A model generated the notes under the pieces. The model saw only the letters and a list, made by a program, of their open reading frames with translations. It ran no database searches and was not told the origin of the DNA. 64,000 nucleotides of DNA from Promethearchaeota archaeon (lineage in GTDB: Archaea > Asgardarchaeota > Lokiarchaeia > Sigyniarchaeales > SOKP01). The position numbers and the translations under genes were made by a program. The number at the start of each line of letters is the position of its first letter. Within the stretch, counting starts at the first letter, position 1. This document shows, one piece after another, positions 11,201 to 19,762 of the stretch. Where the stretch lies: NCBI GenBank assembly GCA_029838195.1, contig JALGVJ010000007.1:1-64000 (forward strand). Reading direction: 5' to 3'.

Positions 11201-12552
11201 GATATGGCAATAGTAATAGTACCCCCTTTCTGAGCCATTTCCGAATATTCCTTCATTTCTTTCTCAGTGGGCATCTCGTCCTCTCTTTTAATTTTCTCGG
11301 TTTGAACAATCTCATTATTTTTTTCTGCTTTAAAAGAGGGTTTTATATCATAAATCAAGACATCTTTTTGATCATATAGGCCTTTTTCTGCCTCTTGCTC
11401 ATCTCGTAATTTTTTAATTTCTTCCATGGAAGGCGCGGGCTTTCCATCAAATTTCATTTCCTTAGCATCAAGTACCAGTATATCTTTTACTCTGAAATTC
11501 TCTTTAAATAATTCTTTATAAGCTTGTTCAAACTCAAATTTCTTGTACCACTTATCGTACCATTCTTTAAACTTTTCATCCTTTTGTTCTTTTTCTATTT
11601 CCCAAACTAAATAATTAACTTCCTTTTCAAACTCTTTTACCTCCGCATCATGATTCGCATCTTGATTTGCTTCTGCTCCTATTTCAGTTTTTATTTCATT
11701 CATTCCTTGAGATTCATAATTGATTCTGTCATTATTTTGGCTTTCTTTTAAGTTTGTTTCTAATTCGTCTAATTCTCTAGATTCTGGTATCTTTTCTTCG
11801 TCTTCAATGAAATTTTCTTCTAATTCTTCTTCTACTCTCTCATTTTCCACATCAATATCGTGCTCTTTTAAAGACACTTCATGTTCGGCGAATTCTTCAT
11901 CAATTTCTAAATCGTCAAATTCCCTAAATTCTGGTATCTTTTCATCATCTTCAATGAAATTTTCTTCTAATTCTTCTTCTACTCTCTCATTTTCCACATC
12001 AAGTTCATGTTCCTTTAAAGTCTCTTCATCTTCAATGAAATTTTCTTCTAATTCTTCTTCTACTCTCTCATTTTCCACATCAAGTACATGTTCTTTCAAA
12101 GTCTCTTCATCTTCAATGAAATTTTCTTCTAATTCTTCTTCTACTCTCTCATTTTCCACATCAAGTACATGTTCTTTCAAAGTCTCTTCATCTTTGGCGA
12201 ATTCTTCATCAATTTCTGTTATATCTAATTCTTGTTCATCCAATTGGTCTAGTTCTCTCTCGGATTCGTCTATATCAAAGCATTCCTCCTCTAATTCTTC
12301 ATTTATTTTCTCAACTTCTTCCAAATTAATATTCTCTTCTTCTAATTCCTCGCATTCTTCATTTATATCCTCAAAATCAAGAGTTTCTTCTTTGAGATTT
12401 TCGCTCTCCTCTTCAACTTCCTCTATAAATGAATCATCATCTTTTAATTCCTCATTAATTTCTTCTGCTTCATTTAGATCAATATCAATGTCTTCACTAT
12501 CGCTAACTATCTCTTCTTGTTCTTTTCCTTCATCCTCACTAAATTCTTTCAT
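5239..12552 (-). CDS. Giant 2437-aa protein: acidic repeat N-terminus, four helical repeats, AT-rich C-terminal region, two RHH-like units plus wHTH at the end
   Basis: Uninterrupted ORF with GAGGT SD; internal repeats visible at protein and DNA level. Confidence 0.85.
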   Translation of the reverse strand: MKEFSEDEGKEQEEIVSDSEDIDIDLNEAEEINEELKDDDSFIEEVEEESENLKEETLDFEDINEECEELEEENINLEEVEKINEELEEECFDIDESERELDQLDEQELDITEIDEEFAKDEETLKEHVLDVENERVEEELEENFIEDEETLKEHVLDVENERVEEELEENFIEDEETLKEHELDVENERVEEELEENFIEDDEKIPEFREFDDLEIDEEFAEHEVSLKEHDIDVENERVEEELEENFIEDEEKIPESRELDELETNLKESQNNDRINYESQGMNEIKTEIGAEANQDANHDAEVKEFEKEVNYLVWEIEKEQKDEKFKEWYDKWYKKFEFEQAYKELFKENFRVKDILVLDAKEMKFDGKPAPSMEEIKKLRDEQEAEKGLYDQKDVLIYDIKPSFKAEKNNEIVQTEKIKREDEMPTEKEMKEYSEMAQKGGTITIAISKEKEDMKEEGIQESTQEVKTEIMEEQLPKENVKEEGTQESTQEVKTEIMEEQLLKENVKEESTQEKTQIETNKEEEVKNKVISEKLGSSRERAKEINKEIKADPISEKRVTEVKQERKIETNEIHKKTKFSKRKKPRFGKISDYVQENHKDNDQENKKLDEKDKEQGKKTKKEIKELKEQKKERKHEDWVALLLKWIENADELSEEDKQEIKSLLEKYEKIHSVHEFYVKLLEYFRRSKISEEGRDMLTKLSEFFESLPVEERVIYNSFSKFRDHYFYWKEKDDEKKLQAHEKRFPTFLVHRLKEVKKLLKDDPKGKLKEIKEFKEKIIKELFVKHEKTEEKWINAFRESLRDYDIFMKEDLREIDRLLKKYEKIKVYRLIFRKLKEKKSFTEKEKEFLMFLEIEFEKTKLHEELIFESFKAFKNELVRNPFMQNSYFRKHWMYNTFIPYFYRRFSFYKRMEGVIFRRFEKQENKKKNKEWITILTDWITRSKNLKRNMKNKLILYLKKYEEMETEFGLYKQLLHYLRTSYILKKEREIFFELEEKIKELSMIERNLFNYFWRFQKFYYSFIEKDETRINSHEQDFPAFLSDQLMLLEKMNFLTPEERELRILRFKQQEPIKKYYEQYKKETNGIPVRKGKETKKFKEWLKKKLLSKNIRKEKEEWINLFENWLQEDDSVFDNKEQDELKEMIQLFLKINDYNELITNLRSKQTKKALTLEEHKVLVLLEMELGKIEGSHEMIFRLFSELKNGLTSHSPLRNRIYLNRWKEEEFIPRLRNAFFHYKAMEYYERKFNRNKELIKEVKIGFNDNIEIKIKKEKIIENDTIDDKKKKYSILLIKNDKDGRIIGIDNLILSEKEKDSITFGQIIHKYEITQGRNLKNFGLFVQYRSRQENKLIMEEIFLQPGLKIENKIIQEKDSIKDILDKVGIDYDRYVVRIFVCREEDKDNIQIDIQKYLENKYPNLIYFFKIARVFRGVGNVEFLFAADENAKIADKFMEKIVNLLNNKYINPGGYKLRSLYRSAMNLDFNKVDKNLNEWFSHLVNNDEIINFLYYNGASIYDIEFFKEIMTSSYNKKSLYSMHYSQPLKKMMFKYSKSFKSIFEKFFYEFIVRQVLDILDIDTHQTPVKIREELIEKLKHILSNHDNEIKRMFFEEFNKKFNNADIIKNFMDYFANAFEDSSNSLFPSYTNTFISLMGSELEKFAITYILTRLCAITFCKLEFNTIKFTHAIQYLVHSNKKEDFRKLIRSDTYLKYFFKNYLGLNFKASKLIKSIRNFFDGFMSFGMRKDEKLNRIILYFISNEDKNSLKPIKISRLKDAVSQILLMMAYAHEYVAWDVYENNKSKKYPLEIDVNSLIPLVGPFTPNQIVEAIRQLFSINRSWLIKAYSLITGNSMEAYYEILAQIINSDITIFQKQNKINKEKVIKRIKDLITNFTIIKKVQEKIINMFSEKEGFAGLDPHTFNKSIKLFFQKSFNEFLNNIDKYLVFNPVLNRFEFRYKRYLNVHVKSLNKDFTVENIINILKKKDIKDFYLFNDDGTIIKPLKDCTVGELANEKYGFVYDDKGNIGIMKMGLRGDRVKIIKDKTGIEYPKVQEGFYDKKTGEIIHGNYFCDMDKNYLISRIGFNINKGKFYIKKNEMWFKDDIIFDEKNKSIKIYIDDNHDFEISSDICSLFKGSINNIKSLFGNLNNKKEKIELNNILRFPFVFTSTRVTGKNLTCFMERAELMMFITNPYNFPFDIFKMLSVYKKEKNIKSVKMAINLKLINNIILERLQGTFGNSQSSVINYIITDWIKTNSNILISSYRINIPKIVKQLRSIMHNIDSQDGIKKISFKEFEIMSSSKEEKNSEIVMGTINLNLFNAIIIKNLLRVFGDSPSSIINYIIEDWIKLNSNKLNSSYGIDIINIKREVQFLKKKIEIKNTENVLKKIFEVFKKTDKIKIKKLAKLLNINYLKLMNIITLKGDELEEESSLSLAIDGDYVVKE
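11010..11182 (-). repeat. In-frame 78-bp tandem repeat (EEGxQESTQEVKTEIMEEQLxKENVK), about 2.3 copies
   Basis: Near-identical DNA copies inside the giant ORF. Confidence 0.85.
11775..12192 (-). repeat. In-frame 81-bp repeat (DEETLKEHVLDVENERVEEELEENFIE), 3 tandem copies plus 1 offset copy
   Basis: tcttcaatgaaattttcttctaattcttc starts at 11801, 11948, 12029 and 12110. Confidence 0.9.
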
Positions 12553-12606
12553 GATATTTGATACCTCAAGCTTTTCATAGAGGAAGCTTATTGAAAAATA
12601 AATTTG

Positions 12607-14562
12607 TTATAAATCTATTTCTTTAGTACGGATTTCATATCGTTCTCCCGTTCTCCCATTAATCACGTATGCGTGTCGATCTTTTAAAAATGATAAATAA
12701 TCACGATCTTCTAAATTAGAAGTGAATCGTAGAATGCACTCATCATCCAATCGAAACAATACTTTCAAGCTAGGAAGCTTTGTCACGCATTCAAAAAGTG
12801 TAGATGGAAGCTGGTCTGCAAGAATGAATCCTAATCCTTTAGCTCGAAATTCTTGCATTAATTGAGTAAAGATCTTTTCTAATTCATCTCGGGCAATATC
12901 AATATCATCATTATACATGCGATACATGGATTTTTTCGTGATTTGATGTGCTTCATCAATGAAGATCAGGTTTTTAAGAGAAGGTGATTCCATGTCAGGC
13001 ATTAAAGTCCTAATAGTTTGAAAGATCGCATTAGATAATAGCAATTTCGTATACGCACTACACATTGAAAGATCCACAAAAACAGATTTCCCCTCAAACC
13101 AATCTTTTAACCACGTTGGCGGTTCATAATTAGGAAGTAAGTCCATTGTTTGAAGCAGAGTTGGCGTTTTAACCACCACTAATACTCGATTTTTAAGAGC
13201 ACGCAAGATGGAAAGCTGAAATTCCTCGTGATATGGATTTTTTTTGAACCATAATAATATTCCAGAAAATAAAAGATCCAAGGAAGGAAGCTTTCCCCGC
13301 TCTTTCAAGTAAGAATTCATGACTAAGTAAGTGATTTTATTTACGGGAGTGCGTAAACCCAAGCTTGCCGCAAGATATGTTGCCGTTTCTTGTAATTCCT
13401 TATCAAAATAATCACCTTTAACAAAATATGGAATTTTAAGTTCGGGATCTCCATACTTTAACACCTTATCTGCCGGATAAAATTGCTCCTGATTACCTTT
13501 TCCCAAATTTAAATATAATCGGCCCACGTGTAATGCTTTCTCGTGAAATTCTTTTGAAATTTGATAAATTAACCGAGTTTTTCCCACTCCGGGAATGCCT
13601 CCAATGAACATGGATTGAGAAAATTGATTTACTTCAATTAATGCGGGATGATCCGTTAAAACACCAGTTTTTACAATGTCCCCCAAATAAATGTAATTCC
13701 TATCTTCTTTTGAAATGGGTAAGTAATGAATGTTTTCTATTCGAGGGATGCTTGCATAGGGTAAAGGTAAGCGGGAAGAAATGTAAAAATCAATGATCCC
13801 TTGCGATGCGAAACCCGGCTTTTTGCTTTCAGGAATTCTATCTGCAATTTTACCAAAGAATCTCCCCGTTTCTATTTGTTCTGGGTTTTCCCAAAATACA
13901 TCTTTTAATAATATTTTTGCCCACGTATTTTTAGAGGTGGGAATTAAACGTGCAGGTTCTCCTCTTTCATTTATAATATCCGTGATTAAATATCGCAACA
14001 TGCCTTCGATTTCAGCGGGTTCTCCAGATATTCTTGAAGTTTTTAGAGGATCTTTTTGAATGGCCACGTATATCTTGATTTTAAAATCATGACGTTGAAA
14101 TTCAAAATTAATTGGCAGAATACCTTTTGGTACAACAGCATCAGATTGCTGCCATAACACGTAAGCTAAAATGATATAATGCGTTTTAAAATAAAATAAA
14201 TCAATGAACTTATTAAATAAGGGGAGCTTACCCGCATAAATAGGGAGTGGAAGAGAGATTTCTTGAAAAGGTATTATTCGTTTTAAATAGTTTGAAGTGA
14301 GGGGCAAGGTAGATATCTTGCCGTAAAGTCCAGGAAATTTTCCCTTTAAAAAGTATAAAAATGCTTTTGCTTTCGCTACAGCTTCTGCTTCCGTTTCTCC
14401 ATTAAATAAAAAACTCCAAGAGAAAGTATCTTTAATTAATAATTCCATGGTATAAACGGTATTATCACAGAAAGGATTACAAAGCCAAGAAACCTTATTT
14501 TCTTCAGCCTGATGATTTCCGGGAATTTGAGTGATGCTTACTCTAGCTTGGAACAAGTTTAT
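12607..14562 (-). CDS. HerA/FtsK-superfamily (DUF87/VirD4-like) ATPase with intact motifs
   Basis: Walker A GIPGVGKT, VFVDLS, Walker B LIFIDEAH, EFRAKGLGFILADQLPS; AGGAGG SD at about 14571-14576 favours a start at 14562 (ATA) or 14556 (TTG) over 14643. Confidence 0.85.
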   Translation of the reverse strand: MNLFQARVSITQIPGNHQAEENKVSWLCNPFCDNTVYTMELLIKDTFSWSFLFNGETEAEAVAKAKAFLYFLKGKFPGLYGKISTLPLTSNYLKRIIPFQEISLPLPIYAGKLPLFNKFIDLFYFKTHYIILAYVLWQQSDAVVPKGILPINFEFQRHDFKIKIYVAIQKDPLKTSRISGEPAEIEGMLRYLITDIINERGEPARLIPTSKNTWAKILLKDVFWENPEQIETGRFFGKIADRIPESKKPGFASQGIIDFYISSRLPLPYASIPRIENIHYLPISKEDRNYIYLGDIVKTGVLTDHPALIEVNQFSQSMFIGGIPGVGKTRLIYQISKEFHEKALHVGRLYLNLGKGNQEQFYPADKVLKYGDPELKIPYFVKGDYFDKELQETATYLAASLGLRTPVNKITYLVMNSYLKERGKLPSLDLLFSGILLWFKKNPYHEEFQLSILRALKNRVLVVVKTPTLLQTMDLLPNYEPPTWLKDWFEGKSVFVDLSMCSAYTKLLLSNAIFQTIRTLMPDMESPSLKNLIFIDEAHQITKKSMYRMYNDDIDIARDELEKIFTQLMQEFRAKGLGFILADQLPSTLFECVTKLPSLKVLFRLDDECILRFTSNLEDRDYLSFLKDRHAYVINGRTGERYEIRTKEIDL

Positions 14563-14665
14563 TCTAATTACCTCCTTAATTTTCTTAAAATATCTACATG
14601 ATGAATTAATCTTGATGAGAATATTTAAATAAAAAAAACACAATTTTACGATTCTCCTTCAATCA

Positions 14666-15358
14666 TTAAGAAAAACGAGATCTAGATTTTATTCTTGCAA
14701 TTTTATGATAATGAATTGTAAAAATACGTATAACATGATAGAGGCTTTTTATAGAGTATTTCCAACAGTAATATAATACCATTCCAATGAGCACCATGAA
14801 GAATTCATGAATTAAACTATATTGAAACGTCTCAATTAAATACCAAGTCGTAAAAAAGGACAATGCTGCTAAAAAGAGCTGATAAAAAGAATATTTCACA
14901 TTGGCTTTAAAAGCACATGGAATGGCAAGCAAGTCAATGGCAGAAGGTGCAGCGGAAAGAAAGATGGAAATCATTAATATAAGATTCAAGAAAAATAGTA
15001 AAACGGGTAGATTAGGCTGGAAAAGTTGAGTTAATAAATAACAAAATAGATAATATGAGCAAACTAAAGGTGCAAAGCTAATGAAAATGGCTTGTAAAAA
15101 CGTGAGCTTCTCATGGTCCATGGCTTTATACCCTTTATATTGGATTCTTTTTTTCCCAGATTCAGGATTTTGCAACCTTTCGATGATTTTTATTTCTCTT
15201 ACGGGAGCAAAAGTAACCAAGCAGGCGGCAAGATGAATGATTTCATGAATGATTAGCCCAATAATCGCCAACATCCTAAAGATTTTGCCAAAAGGACCTC
15301 CTAACCATCGTGTCAAGATATAGGAAATAATATACGAGAAGAGAATAAAAAAAATCAT
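14666..15358 (-). CDS. Membrane zinc metallopeptidase (M50/DUF3267-like)
   Basis: HEIIH, ISFAPL and APSAID motifs with several TM segments; GAGGTGA SD suggests an in-frame start near 15379-15382. Confidence 0.75.
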   Translation of the reverse strand: MIFFILFSYIISYILTRWLGGPFGKIFRMLAIIGLIIHEIIHLAACLVTFAPVREIKIIERLQNPESGKKRIQYKGYKAMDHEKLTFLQAIFISFAPLVCSYYLFCYLLTQLFQPNLPVLLFFLNLILMISIFLSAAPSAIDLLAIPCAFKANVKYSFYQLFLAALSFFTTWYLIETFQYSLIHEFFMVLIGMVLYYCWKYSIKSLYHVIRIFTIHYHKIARIKSRSRFS

Positions 15359-15825
15359 GAAAATGAAATCTTCAAGAATGATTTTCTCACCTCACTTCTA
15401 TTTTTATTATTCAAATTTATCTTAACACTTATAAAAAAAAATTAAAAATAGCAGTTTCAAAGGAGGTAAAAAATGGATTTTTTCTTTTTATACTTCTTAA
15501 TTATATCTAAATCATGAACGATGTAGATATAATCTTTAAAAAATTTCATAAAATTCTTGATGTATTGAAAAAGTTCAAGTACAATAAAGGCAAGAAACTA
15601 AATCTTAATATCTTTTTTTCTTAAAATATGACGTATTATAATTTAATTTTAATTTTTAAGTAAATTTTCTCTTTTCCTTGTGTTTTTTGAAATTGATTAA
15701 AATTAGTCAGATTATTTATCTTCTATTTTTTATTTGTGATAATTTTTCTTTTAAATAGAATGACTGATCTTTAAGTAATAACCATTCAATTAATTGAGAA
15801 ATTTTAAAATGAAAAAATAAAATAC

Positions 15826-16059
15826 ATGAAAAGAGAAATTTTAAAAATGAATTTGCAATCACTAATGAAATTAATTGAGTTTTTACTTGCTATAGGCTCT
15901 ATTTTGGGACTATTAGGACTTATCGTAGGACTCTTCTGGTTAATCCTAATGGGATCCCGTCATAGGGATAATGCTCTTTTTTTTATTTTTATATGCCTGC
16001 TCTTACTAATCGTGTGCGGCTGGAATACAGGCTTGCGATATTTTAGGATTAACATTTAA
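15826..16059 (+). CDS. Small 2-TM membrane protein (pilin/VirB2-like topology)
   Basis: Two hydrophobic helices around a short basic loop; resembles the 21981 and 22376 ORFs. Confidence 0.65.
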   Translation: MKREILKMNLQSLMKLIEFLLAIGSILGLLGLIVGLFWLILMGSRHRDNALFFIFICLLLLIVCGWNTGLRYFRINI

Positions 16060-16252
16060 TTATAATTGTTTGAGTCGCTTAACAGGAAAATGTTCGGAAG
16101 CTTGAATCCACGCGCACGCATGACGTGATCCGAGTAAATGATAGACTAAATAGAATACAAGATTGGTTTTCCCGCTTCCTGCTTTCCCCTTGAAATAAAT
16201 GATATTTTCCCGTTTTAAAATAAATAAAATATCTTGTATGAAGTCTTTTTTA

Positions 16253-16609
16253 TTAATATTTTATAAACTTATTTTTTCTTTTTTTCGAGCCATTATTAGT
16301 TTCTCTTAAAGCTTGTAAAACCCGTTTCTCAACATTATCATGAGATCTATCAGGCAAGGTAATAGTATTATCACGTTTGGAAGGATTATTTTCCGCATTT
16401 TTAAGATTCATGGCTAATAACATTAATGGTAACCATTTATCCGTTCCATCAGAAGATTTTCCTTTTATTTTCAAGTGTTTTTTGTATTTTACGAAAATGA
16501 AATAACCAAAAATAACACACGTGATATAAATGACATATTGGGGATTGGTTTGAATGAGCACGACTAAGAACATTATCAAGATTAAATAGAATAAACACTT
16601 AAACGTCAT
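16253..16609 (-). CDS. Small membrane protein (2 TM plus basic cytoplasmic tail)
   Basis: GAGGTGG SD places the start at ATG 16609 (MTFKCL); hydrophobic N-terminus. Confidence 0.65.
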   Translation of the reverse strand: MTFKCLFYLILIMFLVVLIQTNPQYVIYITCVIFGYFIFVKYKKHLKIKGKSSDGTDKWLPLMLLAMNLKNAENNPSKRDNTITLPDRSHDNVEKRVLQALRETNNGSKKRKNKFIKY

Positions 16610-17305
16610 TTTTTTGATACCACCTCTTGCATGATATTTAAATCCTTTCAATCTATATAAAGAAAAAAAGTTCTATCACGAAAATAGAAGAAAAAATACT
16701 CATTTGAACATTGTTTATTTTCTTGTGAGAAATTATATTAAAGAAAAGATTTTGTGAAATTAATTTATATTTAAATCAGCTAATCAATTTTTAGAATTAT
16801 TCTAAGTTTTATATGATAAAGAAATGATAAATTTAAGAGAAGATTGTTGTTTAACCGTTTTCCTCTAGGATTTAAAAAAGCCCATATTATCAAAATTCTA
16901 ATATTTCACGATGCCTTTTCATACCTAATATTTTGAGAGAAGAACCCAAATACTCATCAAGATTATCAAATCAAGGAGAGCAAGATTACATTAAATATTC
17001 TAATATATTCAATATTTTGGAAGAATAAGCACAATTATTTCTGAAGAGAATTAAATATTACCATTCTTAAATGAATAGCTTTAATTTAAAAAATTTTAAT
17101 CTCAAAATAAGTCCCAAAGTGATCAACACTTTTTGTGAGATTGATTTTTCGCTAAATATTGTTCATTTATTGGGATATAGAATGAAATTATTCTATCATA
17201 AAAATAAAGGATATTAAAAATGATGTCAAAACCGTAAAGCTTAAAAGGCACACTCCCCCCAGTATATTTCCTTAAGAAAAAGTGTAAAATGAGTTGTGAT
17301 AGAAA

Positions 17306-18664
17306 ATGGCATCCCAAACTCATAAAAATTTAGTTTTTATGGATTTCTTGACTTGTGATGTCTGTGGTTCGATGGATATTGCCGAAACAATGGAAGGTTA
17401 TACTTGTAGGAATTGTGGTATTGTACTCAACATGAAACGCTTGGAATATAACAGGCCATATAACGAAGCTTGCTTACAACACGCACCCCTTAATTCGACC
17501 CAGATTGGAACTAAACAAGAACGCCTGAGTCATGCAAGATCTCCCCATTTACAAAGATTAAACAAAATTCATTCAATTTCTACCAAGTCAAAAGAAGTTT
17601 TTAGCTTAGATACTGCAAGGAGGGAAATCCCTCGTCTTTTAGAGATCCTTGGTTATTCTACATTGGAGATGAATCAAGATATCTTAAAAAAAGTAAAAAT
17701 CGTGTGGAAAAAAATAGAAAAAGGAACAAAATTTAGAAATGTGGAAAAATTAGTCCCTGCCGTGATCTACATTTATTTTAAGATTAAATGCCTCTCCATT
17801 AATAAGTCCAAGCTTTTGGAGAATTCTAAACTCTCGAAAAAAGAATTCTATGGTGCTATAATGACCGTCCTTCGATTTCTAGACCATGAGGTGAGAATTG
17901 CTTATATCAAAAGAACTAGAAAACGATATTGTAAGCAAAAAGTTTTACGAATAGCAGAAGAATTTGGTTTGGGAATGGATTACTATCATCAAGCCGTGGC
18001 GCTCATGTATAAATTATGGGACATCATTCAAAACACGAAAGAAGATGTCATCGTGGGATTAGCATGTAGCCTAATCGCTTTAACTCCTGAATATAGAAAA
18101 AAAATTACGGTTTCTAAAATATGTGCTCGTATAGGCATTCAGATGTCCACTGTTCAAAGTCAGGTAAAAAAACGCATCATTGAGAGGTTCCAGATTCCCG
18201 GATTTTCAAGTCTCGTGAAATCTGCAAACCTCATTGAAAGAATCTTAAAAAAATTGGGCATTTTAAAAGAAAAACTCAGTCATCAGGGTCAGAAAAAAAT
18301 TCATGGTGATGAAAACCAAAGTAATGAGAAACAAGATATCAAAAGAAAAGCGGAAATCAGTTTAGAAGAAAAGGAAGAGGATGCTATTAAAATAATTAAA
18401 GCATTTGAATTAGACACAATAGTTTCGAAAAATAACATAACTAAAAATGCACTTTATATTTTAAAGAGCAGCAATGGAAATCATAGATATCTATTATTAC
18501 TTGACGAAAACAATAAAAAACAAGGTCATTTTCAAAGGTTTAAAAGACGATTTCAGAAAAAATCAAATCTTGGAGTAAATCATCAAGAAAGAATTTTTAG
18601 TTTTCCTTTTAAAAAAGTTAATGCGATTTTAAAATTTAAAACAAGTAAAGGCCCTCCTGAATGA
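17306..18664 (+). CDS. Divergent transcription factor IIB (TFB) paralogue with a C-terminal extension
   Basis: Zn ribbon CDVC...CRNC, two cyclin-fold repeats (LVPAVIYIY; KICARIGIQMSTV), ends in KGPPE. Confidence 0.8.
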   Translation: MASQTHKNLVFMDFLTCDVCGSMDIAETMEGYTCRNCGIVLNMKRLEYNRPYNEACLQHAPLNSTQIGTKQERLSHARSPHLQRLNKIHSISTKSKEVFSLDTARREIPRLLEILGYSTLEMNQDILKKVKIVWKKIEKGTKFRNVEKLVPAVIYIYFKIKCLSINKSKLLENSKLSKKEFYGAIMTVLRFLDHEVRIAYIKRTRKRYCKQKVLRIAEEFGLGMDYYHQAVALMYKLWDIIQNTKEDVIVGLACSLIALTPEYRKKITVSKICARIGIQMSTVQSQVKKRIIERFQIPGFSSLVKSANLIERILKKLGILKEKLSHQGQKKIHGDENQSNEKQDIKRKAEISLEEKEEDAIKIIKAFELDTIVSKNNITKNALYILKSSNGNHRYLLLLDENNKKQGHFQRFKRRFQKKSNLGVNHQERIFSFPFKKVNAILKFKTSKGPPE

Positions 18665-18678
18665 GAAGATAAAATTTT

Positions 18679-19743
18679 TTAAGTTTGTAGGTCTAAAGAT
18701 ACTTTCTTGCGCGTGTAAATTAAGGCTATAATTGCTGTTGATATTAAACCAACTGTTCCCCACGTGTATAATGTTTGAATTTGTGGGGGTATCTTTCCCT
18801 TGAGGATCGTAGTATTTTCTTTTGGTGTAGCTGTATCATTGGTAGAAGGCCGTTCTTCTTTTTTCGGGTTATCATCCTCATCATCGCCTGTTTCATTATT
18901 CCCATTAGATGCAGATTGATTATTAATAGGAATAGTAGAATTACTAGGGATATCCTCCGATATTTCTCGTTCTTCCACGACCTTGTATAAAAAATTAAAA
19001 GGAACTAAATTTGTCTCTAATTCAAACCAAAACTCATAGGTGCCGTTAATGGCAGTACCTAAAAACGTGGATATGGTTTCACCTATTTGTGGCATGCTCT
19101 CATTAAATAATAGCAGAAATTCTGTATCATTCACATCTGGAGCCCGAGCCCAGAAGGTTAGATAGATTCCAAGGGTTAAATTTTCTTGAAACGTGGAAAC
19201 TCGGCTGAAATGAAAGCGGTACATGGTATCCGTTCGTACCGTGAGATTGAAATGATGGAGGGTAGTGGTGCGGTTTATCTTGAGGACATCAAACGCCATT
19301 GTATTGCTTAAGTCTATTAAATCTTCTGCTCGATAAATAGAGATGTAAATATTCATGTTGAGCAAGCATTCCACGTGAAATATGACCACGTGCGTGCCAT
19401 TTCTTGCCGCCACGAAGGGTACTTCTTTCACATAGCCATAAGCGGATTCTCCGCTCAATGCGGCGTAGAAAATATCGTATACAGGGTCTTGAGTGGTATC
19501 GTTGATTTGGATGCTGAGATTACACGCATGCGGAGTCACCACTTCCATGCGGATGTAGTAGGTTTTATTTTCCTTGAACTGAACCGCTCTAACCAAGTCC
19601 TCGGAAGGGGCGTGAAAGGTAAATACCTTATCCACCAAGATTTCGTCTGAGGAAAAAGCCTTACTCTCTACTGGTAATTGCAAGACACCCATGAATAGTA
19701 GGCTGAAACCAATAATCACGCTTATCAATTTTGTTTTTTTCAT
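18679..19743 (-). CDS. Secreted/surface glycoprotein with a C-terminal membrane anchor
   Basis: Signal peptide, beta-rich domains, many NxS/T sequons, low-complexity linker, TM followed by RKK. Confidence 0.8.
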   Translation of the reverse strand: MKKTKLISVIIGFSLLFMGVLQLPVESKAFSSDEILVDKVFTFHAPSEDLVRAVQFKENKTYYIRMEVVTPHACNLSIQINDTTQDPVYDIFYAALSGESAYGYVKEVPFVAARNGTHVVIFHVECLLNMNIYISIYRAEDLIDLSNTMAFDVLKINRTTTLHHFNLTVRTDTMYRFHFSRVSTFQENLTLGIYLTFWARAPDVNDTEFLLLFNESMPQIGETISTFLGTAINGTYEFWFELETNLVPFNFLYKVVEEREISEDIPSNSTIPINNQSASNGNNETGDDEDDNPKKEERPSTNDTATPKENTTILKGKIPPQIQTLYTWGTVGLISTAIIALIYTRKKVSLDLQT

Positions 19744-19762
19744 ATTTAGCCCTCTGGTTCAT

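Noticed and set aside
11775-12192. Repeat array as a possible CRISPR
   Set aside because: Units are in-frame coding repeats without unique spacers, and no cas genes are present
11720-12580. 286-aa Ser-rich ORF on the plus strand
   Set aside because: Antisense shadow of the Glu-rich repeats of the giant gene
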